Below, piece by piece: positions 25,862 through 38,199 of a DNA stretch of 64,000 nucleotides. The number at the start of each line of letters is the position of its first letter. The first letter of the stretch is position 1. Position numbers and translations under genes: made by a program. The stretch is from Botryllus schlosseri (Eukaryota). The stretch spans positions 9,364,001-9,428,000 of the forward strand of contig CM119371.1 in the NCBI GenBank assembly GCA_051294905.1, read 5' to 3'. Below the pieces are notes generated by a model that saw nothing but the letters and a program-made list of their open reading frames with translations, was not told the origin of the DNA and searched no databases.

Positions 25862-27039
25862 TAGGGTTAGTTCGGATATCAATAATTTTCACTATCCGGA
25901 TAACGGATATATCCGTATATTTGGAATTTATCTAACCGGTTAACCGGATAATGAATCATAAGTGAGATAATCGATTTCACGAGGTCTGCATGAAAAATGG
26001 ATCGCAAAATCATTACACAGTCTTATTGCAGCTCCTTCCTTATAAAGCACACCGCATTAATAGTGGCATCCTGTAGCCAGTACCGGAGTTTTGTAACAAA
26101 GAGTCCACACGTACTAAATGTCCTTTCTGCTTCCACAAAACGTGCTGAATTATAGTAAGCAAGGCTGAATATAGTAAGCAGCGCTTCCTTTTTGCCCATT
26201 CTTCTGATTAGGTGTCCAGTACTGGTAGGACGAGTAGCTGATACTGGAATTGAGGCCGACGTGAAAGCTCGCTCTAGTTCCTCCATGAGAAATTCACATG
26301 ATCAGGCCCGTAGCCAGCCGAAAAATAAGGGGGGTGTTTTAAATAAAACGAGTGGGTTTCGATTTTTTTTCGAATTTAGTATCAGCGGAAATCAATTACG
26401 CTTGCATGCATGTACATGTTTCCGGCATGCGAACATTCGATGTCATCCAGTTTCGCAATATCGCTCATTATTCACAATCGCTGATCATAATAATCTCAGC
26501 GGCATATTGTCTCCAAGCCACCAAGAGATAGGAGCCAACGCATGCCAGGCCTGAGACTCGATGGTTACGCCAGCGATGATATCGTTCGTACCATGCCTAT
26601 TGCAGATGCGATTGTGTAGGCCAGCGATAATATCGTGAGCACCAAGCCAATGCAGATGCGATTATGTAGGCCAGTGATGGTATAATGTTCACAGAGCCTA
26701 TTGCAGATGTGATTCTGCCAGCGGAACTATAGGCTTTTTGAAGACTCGAAAAATCAGGCCAGCAACGATAGCCGAGTTTGCGGCAATCAATGACCTAATT
26801 TGGCGATCTTGTCAGCGGGAGATTGCGTCGCGTTACACAGTGCATTGACGTATCTCGCTTATTCGCGACACGCTTCTTGCTAATTGGCCGCGCACAACAC
26901 TGATATTACGACTTACTGAAGCTTCCTAAAAGTTTAAAACACATTATTAACGATACTATTTTATCCGGTTAACCGGCAGATTTATATCCGGATATCGGAT
27001 AATAAAAAAACCTGCGGTTAACCGGTTAATCCAACCCTA
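25862..27039 (-). mobile_element. Deleted hAT transposon nested in 25281-27847, with dimerisation-domain remnant
   Basis: Ends tagggttagtt / aatccaacccta. TSD gtttgcag / gttcacag (6/8). CCGGTTAACCGG and CGGATA subterminal motifs. 26023-26286(-) contains VEAERTFSTCGLFVTKLRYWLQDATINAVCFIR. Confidence 0.85.
26569..26724. repeat. ~50-bp tandem repeat, 3 copies
   Basis: gccagcgatgatatcg...gcctattgcagatgcgattgtgtag repeated three times with substitutions. Confidence 0.8.
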
Positions 27040-29591
27040 GTTCACAGCCTCGCATGAACATTATATAATATGAGTTGCTTTGTTTCAAATACATTCACGT
27101 TGATATTAATAACTGGGTACAGTTCTAAATTCAATCTGAGCAGATATATGCATCCCATTCTCAATTGACTTACTTATAGTTACACGAAGCACTAAGACAA
27201 AATCCAATACCATTATATATTTATAATTTCCCCGAATTGCCAACCCCACATGACAAATAACATCCATAAGAGAAAATTATTTGCCAGTGAACAAATACCG
27301 ATTTTGAATCACGTGCTTACTTCATTTTGATACGTTTAGGCGTTTCATTAACTTTTTACTTAGCGAACAAGAGGTAGCAAAATAACAACATGTATCGAAA
27401 TAATTGTACCAACGATCACCCCCGAATATGTTCAACTTCTAATTACGTGGCCTTTATTTTCCAATACAACAGCTCACTCAGCGCTACTGGTAAATTTGAT
27501 TACATGGGCTGAAAGGGTAAAAGTTTATAGCGACACATATATGCAATTGACGCCAATTCATTCATGCATGATAGAAAATTTTGGCGCCCAGGGCGACCAG
27601 GCCACACAAACTTTGCTGACCGTCGAAATCACGCGACGAGGGTCTGGGGGCGAAGCCCTCAGAAGTTTGGTTCATCACGCTATGAAAGCCCAAGACAATC
27701 GTTCTTTAGGGGGGCTGACGATGCGCTGTTAAGGCCCTCCCTCTTACCCATTGTCTTTACGACATTCCTTACAGAATGAGGTGGGGGCGCTGAAGCACGA
27801 TAATTTTTGAAAGGGGGCGCTGGAAGAAAAAAGGTGAAGAACCACTGGTGTACACGATACCTAGCGACGACTTGGGCCACATAATGCTACAACGCTGAAG
27901 TACTTATTGACGTTTTAAACGTAGCCAAATGTATAAACAGGGGCAATCAAATGATATAATAATCCCATAAATGATATAAAATCCATATCTTCCGTCGCTT
28001 TGCCAACAATTTTGACGAGGACTTGCAAGGGAATATAAGCTTACGCCTTAACGGTCCAGGCAAGACCGCACAATGTATTCGGCGTCTGAGTATTGCGACG
28101 TTGATATTGAGCAGTGTGTAAAACGGGTTTCTATGCTTGCAACCGATGTTACCCCATTAACAACTTTGGGTATTGTGATATATTAAACATATGAAATCAA
28201 GCTTGATCCCGTACGCCTGCTAGAAATTTACATCATACAACGATATCAATTTCATCAATTCGTTGAATAAGCATCATTCGCTGACTACCTACGTGTAATG
28301 TATTTCGCTCTTGATGTTGTGTGATTGTGGGTCAAACTCACAGAAGAGAGTCACTAAATATTCACAAACGGAAAGCTGGATATTTCGAGCAAACGTTTGT
28401 AACAAAGTAAGTAAAATTTCTGATATTGTCAAGTTACATGCTCGTTTAGTGTTGATGTTTTTGTGCTGCCAGCACCATTAATGGATTGAACCGCAGTTGG
28501 AATGAAATAAATCTCAACCAACGATGTTATAATGAAGTGAATATTGTAATATATGATTAAGGCTCACAATGCAGAACCTACCAAGTTTCGTTTGTGAATG
28601 TGAACCTTAAGATGTCCGAGGCTCACACACAGAACGCGAACGTGAGCCTCGCGTTCACAACATCCTTGGTATCAGTAGTCTGACTACCTGAGAATACATT
28701 GACCTGTCTAACCAAGACCGTTAGGGCGCAATAACTTCGATTCCACAGGCTGGAAGTGAGCAAAAATTGTTGTAATCGTTATATTTAGACACTTTTTAAA
28801 AAAAATTATAATAATAAATTCCAAATTTTTAAACTCCAAAAGCATTCCATCTACCATAGTTGGAATTGAGTCGATTTTATTTTTTAACATTTTCAAGCCC
28901 ACTCAACATTTTTATGTAATAGCCGCTAATCTTAAAAAATATATATATCTGAACAAGCCTACCCAACGGCCTCAGGGCGACACTAGGAATTTTTGATAGA
29001 CTGTAATTTATCTTGAAAATGTCTTCGCGCTGCGCGCGTTTCAATGCGACTTGTCCAACGGTTGAAAAATCGTGTTTATAGTTAGAATCTAACTAGACTG
29101 TAGTGTAAACTCTCTAATGGAAGCTACTCCTAATTAACCTGTTTTCTGCGCGCTCGCCTAACTGAGTGGTCTAGCTCCATCATAAGAATTGATGCGACCG
29201 AACTGGAAAGCAATCGATACTCTACTAGAATGAGTGATTTCGCTGCGCAACAGCTGGTGGAGATCAATTCGTCAATAAACGTAAGAGAGGTAACGAACGA
29301 GCAATGACGAGGTCAACTGTCTTTTATGCTTTATGTTTTTGTACTGATCCTATTGTGAAATGAGATCAGACCGATAGATAGAGGCTTAGGCATATGGGAC
29401 GCAATCGCCCTGGGGGCAGTATGGATTGATCAAGGTCGAAGGATAGGAAGGAAGGCCGTTTATTGTGCTTTGGAGCCGGACATGCTCTACTACGTTACGT
29501 TACGCCCAGGAATATCTAGAACTAAGGTTCAAGTTCTAGAATCTAGATATTCATTCTTGATATCACCAGTGGCTTAGAAAATGATTATTAT

Positions 29592-29830
29592 CATGTTTGT
29601 TTGTTTAATGTTCATGTAGGTTTGACTACTTTGGTCATTTTTCACCAGGCCGATATTCTTTATTTTTGATTCCGTATTAACCGACTTGTAGCACGGCCCA
29701 CTTATAGTCTTTTATAAGACACCGCTTGCGCGGATCACGTTGCGAGAAGGAGCCTAGATAAACCTCCATTACTTAGGTAGGAATTCTAGAGTCGACTTCG
29801 GTCGGACTCGAACCCACAACCCATTGGTGT
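29592..29830 (-). mobile_element. tRNA-derived SINE, 5'-truncated
   Basis: Reverse-complement homology to 42376-42620. B-box-like sequence (ggactcgaaccc on +) and a tgtttgtttgttt tail. Confidence 0.8.
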
Positions 29831-31248
29831 TATATCAATGTTAGTGGGCGTTATAAAATGAAATTTCCCATATATTTCTATATCATGCCGGTGAAAGATT
29901 CAATTTGTTGTAGGAGTTTATTCTGGGCTCCTCTTCCCCGCGTTGCTGTTCTTATGGCGACAAAAAGACCCAGAAAAAGACCCGATGAAGGGGCACACTC
30001 ATATGGAAAGGAAAGAGCAAGAAAGAGCCGTGGAATAGACACTAACATAACATCATAAAAGGAACTGATGTGACATCGGGCACTGGGTCGAAGTAGATGC
30101 AAGTTTACGAGACCGGAACTCTAACCACAACTGGTCGTTCGATATCCCTCTATCTGTTCATTTCGTCGCATTGTTTCTTATCGCATTGTACATTGTGTAT
30201 GACTTGTTTAGATGAAAAATACATTTGAACCGATATTGAATATGGTCTCTATTTTTATAAGTCATCGGCTCTTAACAAGAACAGTGTCTATTCGTACCGA
30301 GATAGTGTATCACGAAAAAAGATCTTAACACAGAATTTTATCGTAGTTATCCGGGTTCTGGTAAAAATCATTTTGCACCTGATGAAAATCGCTTTTAATT
30401 TGAGCAGTAATTTCAATGGTCATTTATTTTATTTTATGATTTTTACTCATAATAAAACAAAGGAGTATGGGATGAATGTCGACATACCAATCAAGATGAT
30501 GCAGCATACCGAGTCAACTCAATAATGCGCGAAATCGGAATCACTATCCCATTATTGAAAAAAATCCGCAATTTACCCGTTCCGAGACATGTAGAATAGG
30601 GCTGGGACGGAGTTGTAATCAGGTCACAAGATTCCGAGTAACAAGTCAATCTCAGTTTCACAGTTTTGACACGAGTCAAGTCGAGTCATTTTCAAATCAC
30701 AGCATAGAGTCAAGTCCTAGTCCAATTCAGGGTGTAGAACTGACGTTATATTTTTGTCCGTACCTAAATCATTCTCAAGTAAAATATGTACATTTATTTT
30801 GATATTTGAGGTACAAATCAGACTGGATTATACATACACCGACATCGGAATAAGATTAAAAATTGAAATCGAGGAATCCGATCAAGTTGGCGATTTCTAG
30901 TACGTCATCTGAACATTCCACCGATACCAGTTGGTTTTAATCATCCGAATATTATTATACATTGGATGCTAGATGTGGAGTGTGAGGTGTGACTTAATTA
31001 ATTTACGAAAGCTCATATGAAAGAGATCATGTCGATTGCACTGTGATCCGAATACAAAATATTGAAATGGATTTAGTTTCTATGAAACATCCCCATGATA
31101 TTAGCGCGGGAAACTTCCTCCGTCACAATTGTGTTTCGATTCTGACTCTCCTTAAACACTCATTCAGGCCTGGTTGAGTGTAGCATCTGAGAACATTTGA
31201 CTTTCGTTGTTGGCTAGTTGCATATTATCGGTGTTACTGTGAAAATCC

Positions 31249-32419
31249 ACACTACATTTGTCTAAGACTGTGGGTTTCTTTAGAATAAGTCATATAAGCA
31301 GAGTCATATGTGAAACTGAAGATAGGGTTTTGCGCTCCTTCGTACTTCCAGAACTAAAACTGTGTTCACAGTTTGCTTCTCAAGGTTTTGTATGTAAAAG
31401 AACATTTTGGATTTGATATACCAACTTTAATCTAGTTAAGAACGAGATCGGGTCCTTATTGTAAAACCCAATCTGGCGAATCATAACAAGGATAATGTAC
31501 ATTAGGGCTCTTTAAAAATGACTTTTTTTCTCAAATCGTACTGGCTACTTGATAAAATTGTTAGGTTACCTGATTTAAGCCTACACACAAAATTTGGTTC
31601 AATTCCAGCCGGTAACCGCTTTGCTACAGGAGAATAAAGTTTCTATTTAATATATAAAAATCAATAATAAAAAATTTGAAAATTTTCTGTTCACCACATG
31701 AAAGTGTTAGGCTGTTTATAGAAACGATGCTCACCAAATTTGGTTCAATTCCAACCAGTGGAAGCGGAGTTATGGGCGTCAAAAAATTTGGATTTGAAGA
31801 AAATAGTATTTACGGTGACCGATTCTTTGTTTATTTATTATAGTTGTGCTCACCGTAAATACTATTTTATTCAAATCCAAATTTTTTGACGGCAATAACT
31901 CCGCTTCCAGTGGTTGGAATTGAACCAAATTTGGTGAGCATGGTTTCTATAGACAGCCTAACACTTTCATGGGGTGAAAAGAAAATTTTCAAATTTTTTA
32001 TTAATAATCTTTATATAATAAATAGAAACTTTATTCTCCTGTAGCAAAGCGCTTACCGGCTGGAATTGAACCAAATTTTGTGTGTAGGCTTAAATTAGGT
32101 AACCTAACAATTTTATCAAGTAGCCAGTACGATTTGAGAAAAAAAGTCATTTTTAAAGAGCCCTAATGTACATTATCCTTGTTATGATTCGCCAGATCGG
32201 GTTTTACAATAAGGACCCGATCTCGTTCTTAACTAGATTAAAGTTGGTATATCAAATCCACAATGTTCTTTTACATACAAAACCTTGAGAAGCAAACTGT
32301 GAACATAGTTTTAGTTCTGGAAGTACGAAGGAGCGCAAAACCCTATCTTCAGTTTCACATATGACTATGCTTATATGACTTATTCTACAGAAACCCACAG
32401 TCTTAGACAAATGTAGTGT
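31249..32419. mobile_element. Fold-back (palindromic) non-autonomous DNA transposon with ~570-bp arms and ~31-bp loop
   Basis: 31249-31818 and 31850-32419 are near-perfect reverse complements. Termini cactac...gtagtg. No convincing TSD, so the superfamily is unassigned. Confidence 0.88.
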
Positions 32420-32584
32420 AGTAGACTAATGTACATGTATGAATTGAAAAGATATATTATTACGAAGGCAACAGACGCAGCTATCCATCAGGAATTAAAC
32501 TGATTGGAGTAGCCAAACGCCCAAACCAGTAAATAATCCTCACTTCACTAAATAGACGAGAAGTGGTCGCTTGTTAATTGTTCA

Positions 32585-32854
32585 CATTTGTGGTATTCAT
32601 GGTGTTTGTCGACTACTATGGTCATTTACACCAGGCCGATATTCTTCATTTATATTCCGTAACTGCCGTATTGTAGCACGGCCCACTTTTAGGCTTTTTA
32701 TAAGGCACCGCTTGCACGGATTAGATGGCGAGGATGAGCCTAGATAAACCTCCAACACTTAGGTAGGAATTCTGGAGTCGACCTCGGTCGGACTCGGACC
32801 CGCAATCCATTGATGTTGCAGCCGTGGATTATACCACTACGCCATCTCGCCACC
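32585..32854 (-). mobile_element. tRNA-derived SINE
   Basis: Reverse complement begins ggtggcgagatggcgtagtggtataatccacgg (A box), followed by a B-box-like ggtccgagtcc. Body homologous to 42376-42620 and 29592-29830. Confidence 0.85.
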
Positions 32855-33138
32855 TAGTGGTCACTTGTGTCTACGACGTCACTGAAGCTTTTAAAGGTCA
32901 ACTGCATCTTCATGACAACTTTGCGGAATCATGTTCAGAATTTTTTTTCATAACGAAATTACCGACTTTCCGTGTTTCAACTCAATCGGAAATTGCCGTA
33001 ATTTTGACTGAAAGTTCCAATATTGGCATGTTTACAGAAAAAGCAGAATGTGCATTGTGGCGTCAAGTGAGTGACACATATTATCAACACCGGTCACAGC
33101 GGCCGTTTGTGTTCTCGCAGTTTTTATTCTAGTCAGTT

Positions 33139-33842
33139 ATGGCCGAGGTTTCCATTGTAACGGATTTGTCAAGTGATATTGAGACTGAGTCCGAGTACTC
33201 GGATGTCGAATGTAAGTATCATTTTTGCACGTAGTTACAAAATTACCGTTTAAATGTCGGATTGGTTCAGGTGTTGATGCGCTCGATCCCACGTCAGTGG
33301 AAACCCTTGCAGCTTCATAATGATGGGTCAGCCTGGGTCATGATCAGCCTAGCTTGCTCACTGCTCAGCGCAAGCCACTCGTCGAGACTACGTGAAATAC
33401 AGTTGTATATATAGTCTGTAGTGTAATAGCTCGTTTCAGTCATGTATCTTGATGTGGTGTAAGGAGTTACTGACAGAATTAAAGTGTATCACAAGAATTG
33501 CGAGGATTCAATTCAGTGTGTCTGGACGTTGACGTATTGGAGATGTCCTACTATGGATATCAACAGGAATATGGCCACAGAATAATAACATCGAGTTCGA
33601 TGCATGAATATGGGATGAGTCTCTGATTCAGTTGCCAAATACTTTTCTCGCACTAATACACTTGTTTTCACTTTTCAGGACTGTTGAAACATACTGCCTA
33701 CAGAAATTGTGTTTGCTGGGTATGGGAATTCTGTGGCAAAAACCAGCGGAAAATCCTGCCTGCATGCGTTGTTGCTGCTGTCCGAACAAAATTTACGTCA
33801 AATTCTTACAAAGGATTCCAGTTCCGTCACGCCACATTGTGA
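33139..33842 (+). pseudogene. Kolobok accessory gene KolX (P2X7 C-terminal/ballast-like domain), disrupted
   Basis: ATG at 33139, acidic first exon, 59-bp GTAAGT..CAG intron 33212-33270. Then KCIT...SVCLDVDVLEMSYYGYQQEYG, and a last exon LLKHTAYRNCVCWVWEFCGKNQRKILPACVVAAVRTKFTSNSYKGF...* (TGA 33840-33842). In-frame stop and frameshifts in the middle. Confidence 0.85.
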
Positions 33843-33878
33843 ATGTACAGTTGTATTCCAAATAATAAACGCATACAA

Positions 33879-35222
33879 CTAATCGACCAAAATAACTACT
33901 GTGTCAGGCAGAAAAGCATATCGGGTTTTATGTCGGGCGATAGCTTCCTCTCTGCTAATTTTGATTATGCTGCTAGTCAGAGGTGGAAAGGTCTCAGCAC
34001 AATCGCTCAACTCAACAGTTTCTGGTCCAGTTCTGATGAGTGCTTTAACTTCTTCGACAAGCTCATTGCAGTAATCTAGAACAGGCATATAACAATATGA
34101 CGAAATCTTATGATGCAGTCAGATTAACGACTGTTACCAAATGTTGAATTTTCAAGTATCTTGTGGACCGAACATTCCCCATTTTTGTACTTCGGGTATT
34201 TGACCGCGGTGCTCCTTCTTTCGACATTTTCCAAGTTTTCGAGCAATTTTCATTGAAATGCAGGATTGGCAGCTGCATCCTACGAAAAATGCATAATTGA
34301 TGAGGCTAGTAATCATGCCAAAATCTTATATGGGTTGTTTTGAATAGGCGAGACACTGCAAGGTACCTACCAGGCTTTTTGACTGAAATATGGTTGTAGT
34401 GATATAACTTTGGGCAGAAATGATTGAGGAGGGCATTGAATGATTCACTTCCAGCAGTGTTTCCATTCGGCGATAGATGGCGTATGTCATTTTTCATTCG
34501 CGTGGAGAAGAGAACATCGCATATCCTTCCATATGCCAATGAATCTGTAAATGGATTATCATAATGGTAAACAACAGAATCAAAGATGCTATTCATTGTA
34601 ACTCAAATTTCGGCCTATATGTATCATGTATATATGCTGAATGGAGCAGCTTGTTTCTTTTTGATACAGTGAAGTAGGCTATTTCATCTTCAAAGGATGT
34701 AACGGCATCTACACTACCTGTAAATGAAAATCCGGAGTATGAGCAGTTTGTGCAGTCTTGCTTGATTCTCAGTGTGCTACCTAAACCAGACTCTTGTACG
34801 TCCGACTCCGATTGGCACATTGGACAATGTGAAAAATGCTCACCAGCTTATTTCTGTCCACAGAATCACAAACTGGGTCTTGCTATTCTCCAGACATTCC
34901 TCTGAATCTGAATGCCTGCAAATCAATATCTTGGTGACGACCTGGTACAAATATGATTACACTGTTCAACTACTCACTCTGACTCGCCATCTAACTCTGT
35001 TGAGTGGAAGCTATCATCATTTGACAGGGATTGGATATCACTTTCACAGTCTTCATAATCCTCTCCAGCAATAGGGTTTGGACAGCGATGAAAAGACACT
35101 TTGGGTACCGAATATCCCGTATTCGAGCGACCATACGCGACACAAGATGTACCTCCGTGGCTCATCTTCTTCATACCTTCCATATTCACAATCAAATGCA
35201 GTATCAAAATCAATCCCAACAC
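33879..35222 (-). pseudogene. Kolobok transposase relic (THAP N-terminus; central catalytic region largely deleted)
   Basis: SCVAYGRSNTGYSVPKVSFHRCP (degenerate THAP start); GSTLRIKQDCTNCSY; IRHLSPNGNTAGSESFNALLNHFCPKLYHY; C-terminal PPLTSS...REEAIARHKTRY. Confidence 0.8.
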
Positions 35223-35471
35223 GAATAACTATCTGTTTACCACACTGAGCTATATCAGGACTTTTTTGCCGTGTCACTCACATGACGTCATTTCATATCT
35301 GAATGATTTCATATCCGTTTTTCAGCTTTTCGATTTATAATTTAAATTACTTGAAAACTATCATGTAATTTCAATTTTTATTATTTTATTCATATTCCTA
35401 ACCACATAACGTACGAAATAAGGCAAAGTCATTTTTTAGATGCAGTTGACCTTTAAGCAGTGTGTGTTTTC

Positions 35472-36054
35472 TAGGGATGGTGCGAACCCCTGAAAGGTAA
35501 ACGGCTTTCTATCTATACTTTCTACCCGTATTACCTTATAAACACGTTATACAGTAGCCAACAACGCAATCGCATCACGGATTTGGTTTTTATGATACAA
35601 TGAACATATTAAATTAAGATGGATCCTGTACGCCTGCTAGATGTTTTACATCAGACAATCACGTATTCTTTAAATCAATTTCTGTGATGACTTGATTAAG
35701 CACAATTCGCTGACTATACCTACATGTAGTGTACATCGTTCTTTGTATTGTGTTACTGGTCTAGCTCACAGCAGAGACTCATTAATTAGGTATTGGTATT
35801 CACAAACGGAAAGCTGAATATTTCGAGCATACTTTTGTAACACAAACAGTACAATTCTTCAAATTGGCAAGGTACATGCTCGTTTAGTGTTGAAATTGTT
35901 ATGTTGTCAGCGCCATACAATGAATGCAAGGAATTTCTACTAAAGATGTTATAATACATGACAAATCGGAACAAACGAATGAGGTTCACAGTGCAGAACC
36001 TACCAAGGTTCGTTTGTGAAAGCGAACGTGAACCTCATGTTCACACCATCCCTA
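35472..36054 (-). mobile_element. Family-A hAT-like MITE, internally deleted
   Basis: TIR tagggatggtgcgaac / gttcacaccatcccta. Body homologous to 28130-28668 and 57490-58019. TSD degenerate. Confidence 0.8.
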
Positions 36055-36455
36055 GTATTTGAATGCTTATGATTGAATGCTTCTGCGGCTTTACGATTAC
36101 GGCATGTAAGTATGCACATTGCTTGAACCGTTCAAGTTGAACGCCAAGCTTCCGATGTGCGAATATAAATGGTAGTGATGTTTGCATGCTCTGCGTTATG
36201 AATTTTACCATTGGACTGACGTGAATTTTCCAGTTAATAACGTAACGATTTCTTCAATCACTTTGAAAACTTTCAATTAAACGTAAATCTAACAGACATG
36301 TATCGAATAGAATGGGACGGTAGCTGAATACTTCACAGAATGACTAGTACCACGAAAACACGAGCAGCATGGTCTGATAGGAGACAATCCGTAACTAGAT
36401 TGATTTTACCAGATACGGAATATCTGCAGATGGCATGCTCGAAGGTACTTGTGGT

Positions 36456-38199
36456 CAATGTTCCCTCTAAGCTGCGCACGTGCGCAGTGTTGAACCGGTC
36501 TCTGCGCACAGAAAATCCAAGCTGCGCACAAAAAATTAAAAGTGATGACTTTTTTTCAGTCGTTGCGCACTGATGTCCAAGGGATCGCGCAAGCGCGCGG
36601 ACTCGTGAAAAGTTAGTGGGAACATTGCCAGTGGCAAATAGTGTTATCGCTGAAGTCTGAAACCAAGGTACAGGGGCGGCCCGGTAAATTTTGCACTCTT
36701 AGGAAGTGAAAATTTGCAATGACGTCCTCCTCATGAAAGAGAGTTTTTTTTGGTATGGTCTCGTACGCGTGAGCGATACTGATATCATTTCAATAGTGCA
36801 ATCTTTTTCTGGGAATGGCGAAATAACATGGTTTAACAAAGTTATATATAACAATGGGCTAGCTCGAAGTTAATCAGCGAGAAACTAACGAATAGTCTTC
36901 TCCGCGTGCCATGACCATTGCGTAAGATTTACTGCACAATTACATGCCGTGAATTTTCGAAGTCATCACTTCCATCAGGCAAATCTGATCACGTATGGTG
37001 AGATAGGAAGATATGCAAAATATGCAAGTACAAGCATCAATATTGTTGAAAAAATCCAGCCCCGTGCAAACGTTGGTTGGGAAATGCTGCAACTGTGCAC
37101 TGTAGGGCGTTAAAATACATCAGCTTGTTAGCAGGACAAATTTTGATTTTATTCGATTCGTTTGAACGGGAATCTTCTGTCGATAAGGTCATACGCTGAT
37201 ATTGTTCTTGCTTTAGTCAGACTTGAATATTCGTATCATTATATCTGACCGTATGTCTTGATAGTAATGAATGCATTGCCGGTATTTCGACGTCACATCA
37301 GTCTTTTAACGATGTAGGCCTACATCGATCGCATCTCGCATGCATTGATTTGAAGTTCGTTCTCGTGCGTGTATGTCTACCAGTAATCTATAGTATGTCA
37401 CCATGTACACGGACTTATTGTGACGTCACAGATGGTCGCACAACAGTACGATTCGCCGTCTATAGTTCTTGCGGTTACAGGCGAGGCGCCTATTTGTGTC
37501 GCTACAAGTGTTTTGGCTAGCTGCTTACCTATGTGGCCAACGTTGAGTGAATACTCGCTAATTCTGCTTAGCACTGTTTATACTGACCGCTTTTATTAAT
37601 GTCAAAACGAATGGGTAGTTTCTCATCCACTGACCATGTCAAATTGACAAAGAAGTGCGATTCGTTTAACATGGAATGGTTGTCGGAGCATGTGAAAACG
37701 GAAGACAAAACTATAAAATTAGATGGGATTTGGTCTGCTCCGCAAAATGTGTCGAGAAGCCAAAATAGCAAACGAATTTTCGGATGGTCAAATGTGGACA
37801 GGAGGTCACGAAATGGCATCCTGTATTGAAGTCATTATACCAACGGGTACGCCCGAAGATGTTTAATTATTATTTAGCGGTCCTACCTTTTCCAGCACTC
37901 CTCACTTGATCAGCTCTACCGGTAAATCTGATTACGTGAGCAGAAAGAGCATAAAAATTGATAGCAATATACCGATACAGTTATGAATTATCTAAATTGT
38001 TCGCGCTTCGCGCGTTTATACGATGCACTCGGTCACCGGACACCCAATGTAGATGATAAACAGAGGCAAAAACAGCAGGGGCGGAGGGGGGTCTGGTTTA
38101 GCACCCAATGAGGGGCCTGGTTGCGCACTGCTGTCTAGCGGGCCTGCGCAGTGAGTTGGCGTGTTTGCGCAGACTCGTGAAAAATTAGAGGGAACATTG
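36456..38199 (+). mobile_element. hAT element of the CAATGTTCCCTCTAA family, with an additional internal right end at 36627
   Basis: Left caatgttccctctaa (36456), right ttagagggaacattg (38199). TSD cttgtggt / cctgtggt (7/8). A second right end ttagtgggaacattg finishes at 36627. Confidence 0.75.

Larger units (their letters stand above)
25281..27847 (+). mobile_element. Buster/Charlie-type hAT non-autonomous element (same family as 16230-17755)
   Basis: TIR cagtggtttttgacctt / aaggtgaagaaccactg. Perfect TSD gtgtacac (25273-25280, 27848-27855). Confidence 0.92.
21024..28668 (-). mobile_element. Family-A hAT-like element expanded to 7.6 kb by three internal insertions
   Basis: Ends tagagatggtgtgaac / gttcacaacatccttg. 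TSD gtatcaat / gtatcagt (7/8). 21024-21140 and 27848 onward are the contiguous reverse complement of ~4240-4449. Confidence 0.85.
32895..35452. mobile_element. Degenerate, internally deleted Kolobok DNA transposon
   Basis: Perfect 15-bp TIR aggtcaactgcatct / agatgcagttgacct with TTAA on both sides (32891-32894, 35453-35456). Purine-purine 5' terminus. Two convergent gene relics. Confidence 0.9.

Noticed and set aside
33139..33842. Host P2X7 purinoceptor gene
   Set aside because: Only the cytoplasmic-tail-like domain is present, with no channel domains, and it lies between Kolobok TIRs.
32891..35456. piggyBac assignment based on TTAA
   Set aside because: The termini are AG..CT rather than CC..GG, and the THAP transposase plus convergent KolX layout fits Kolobok.
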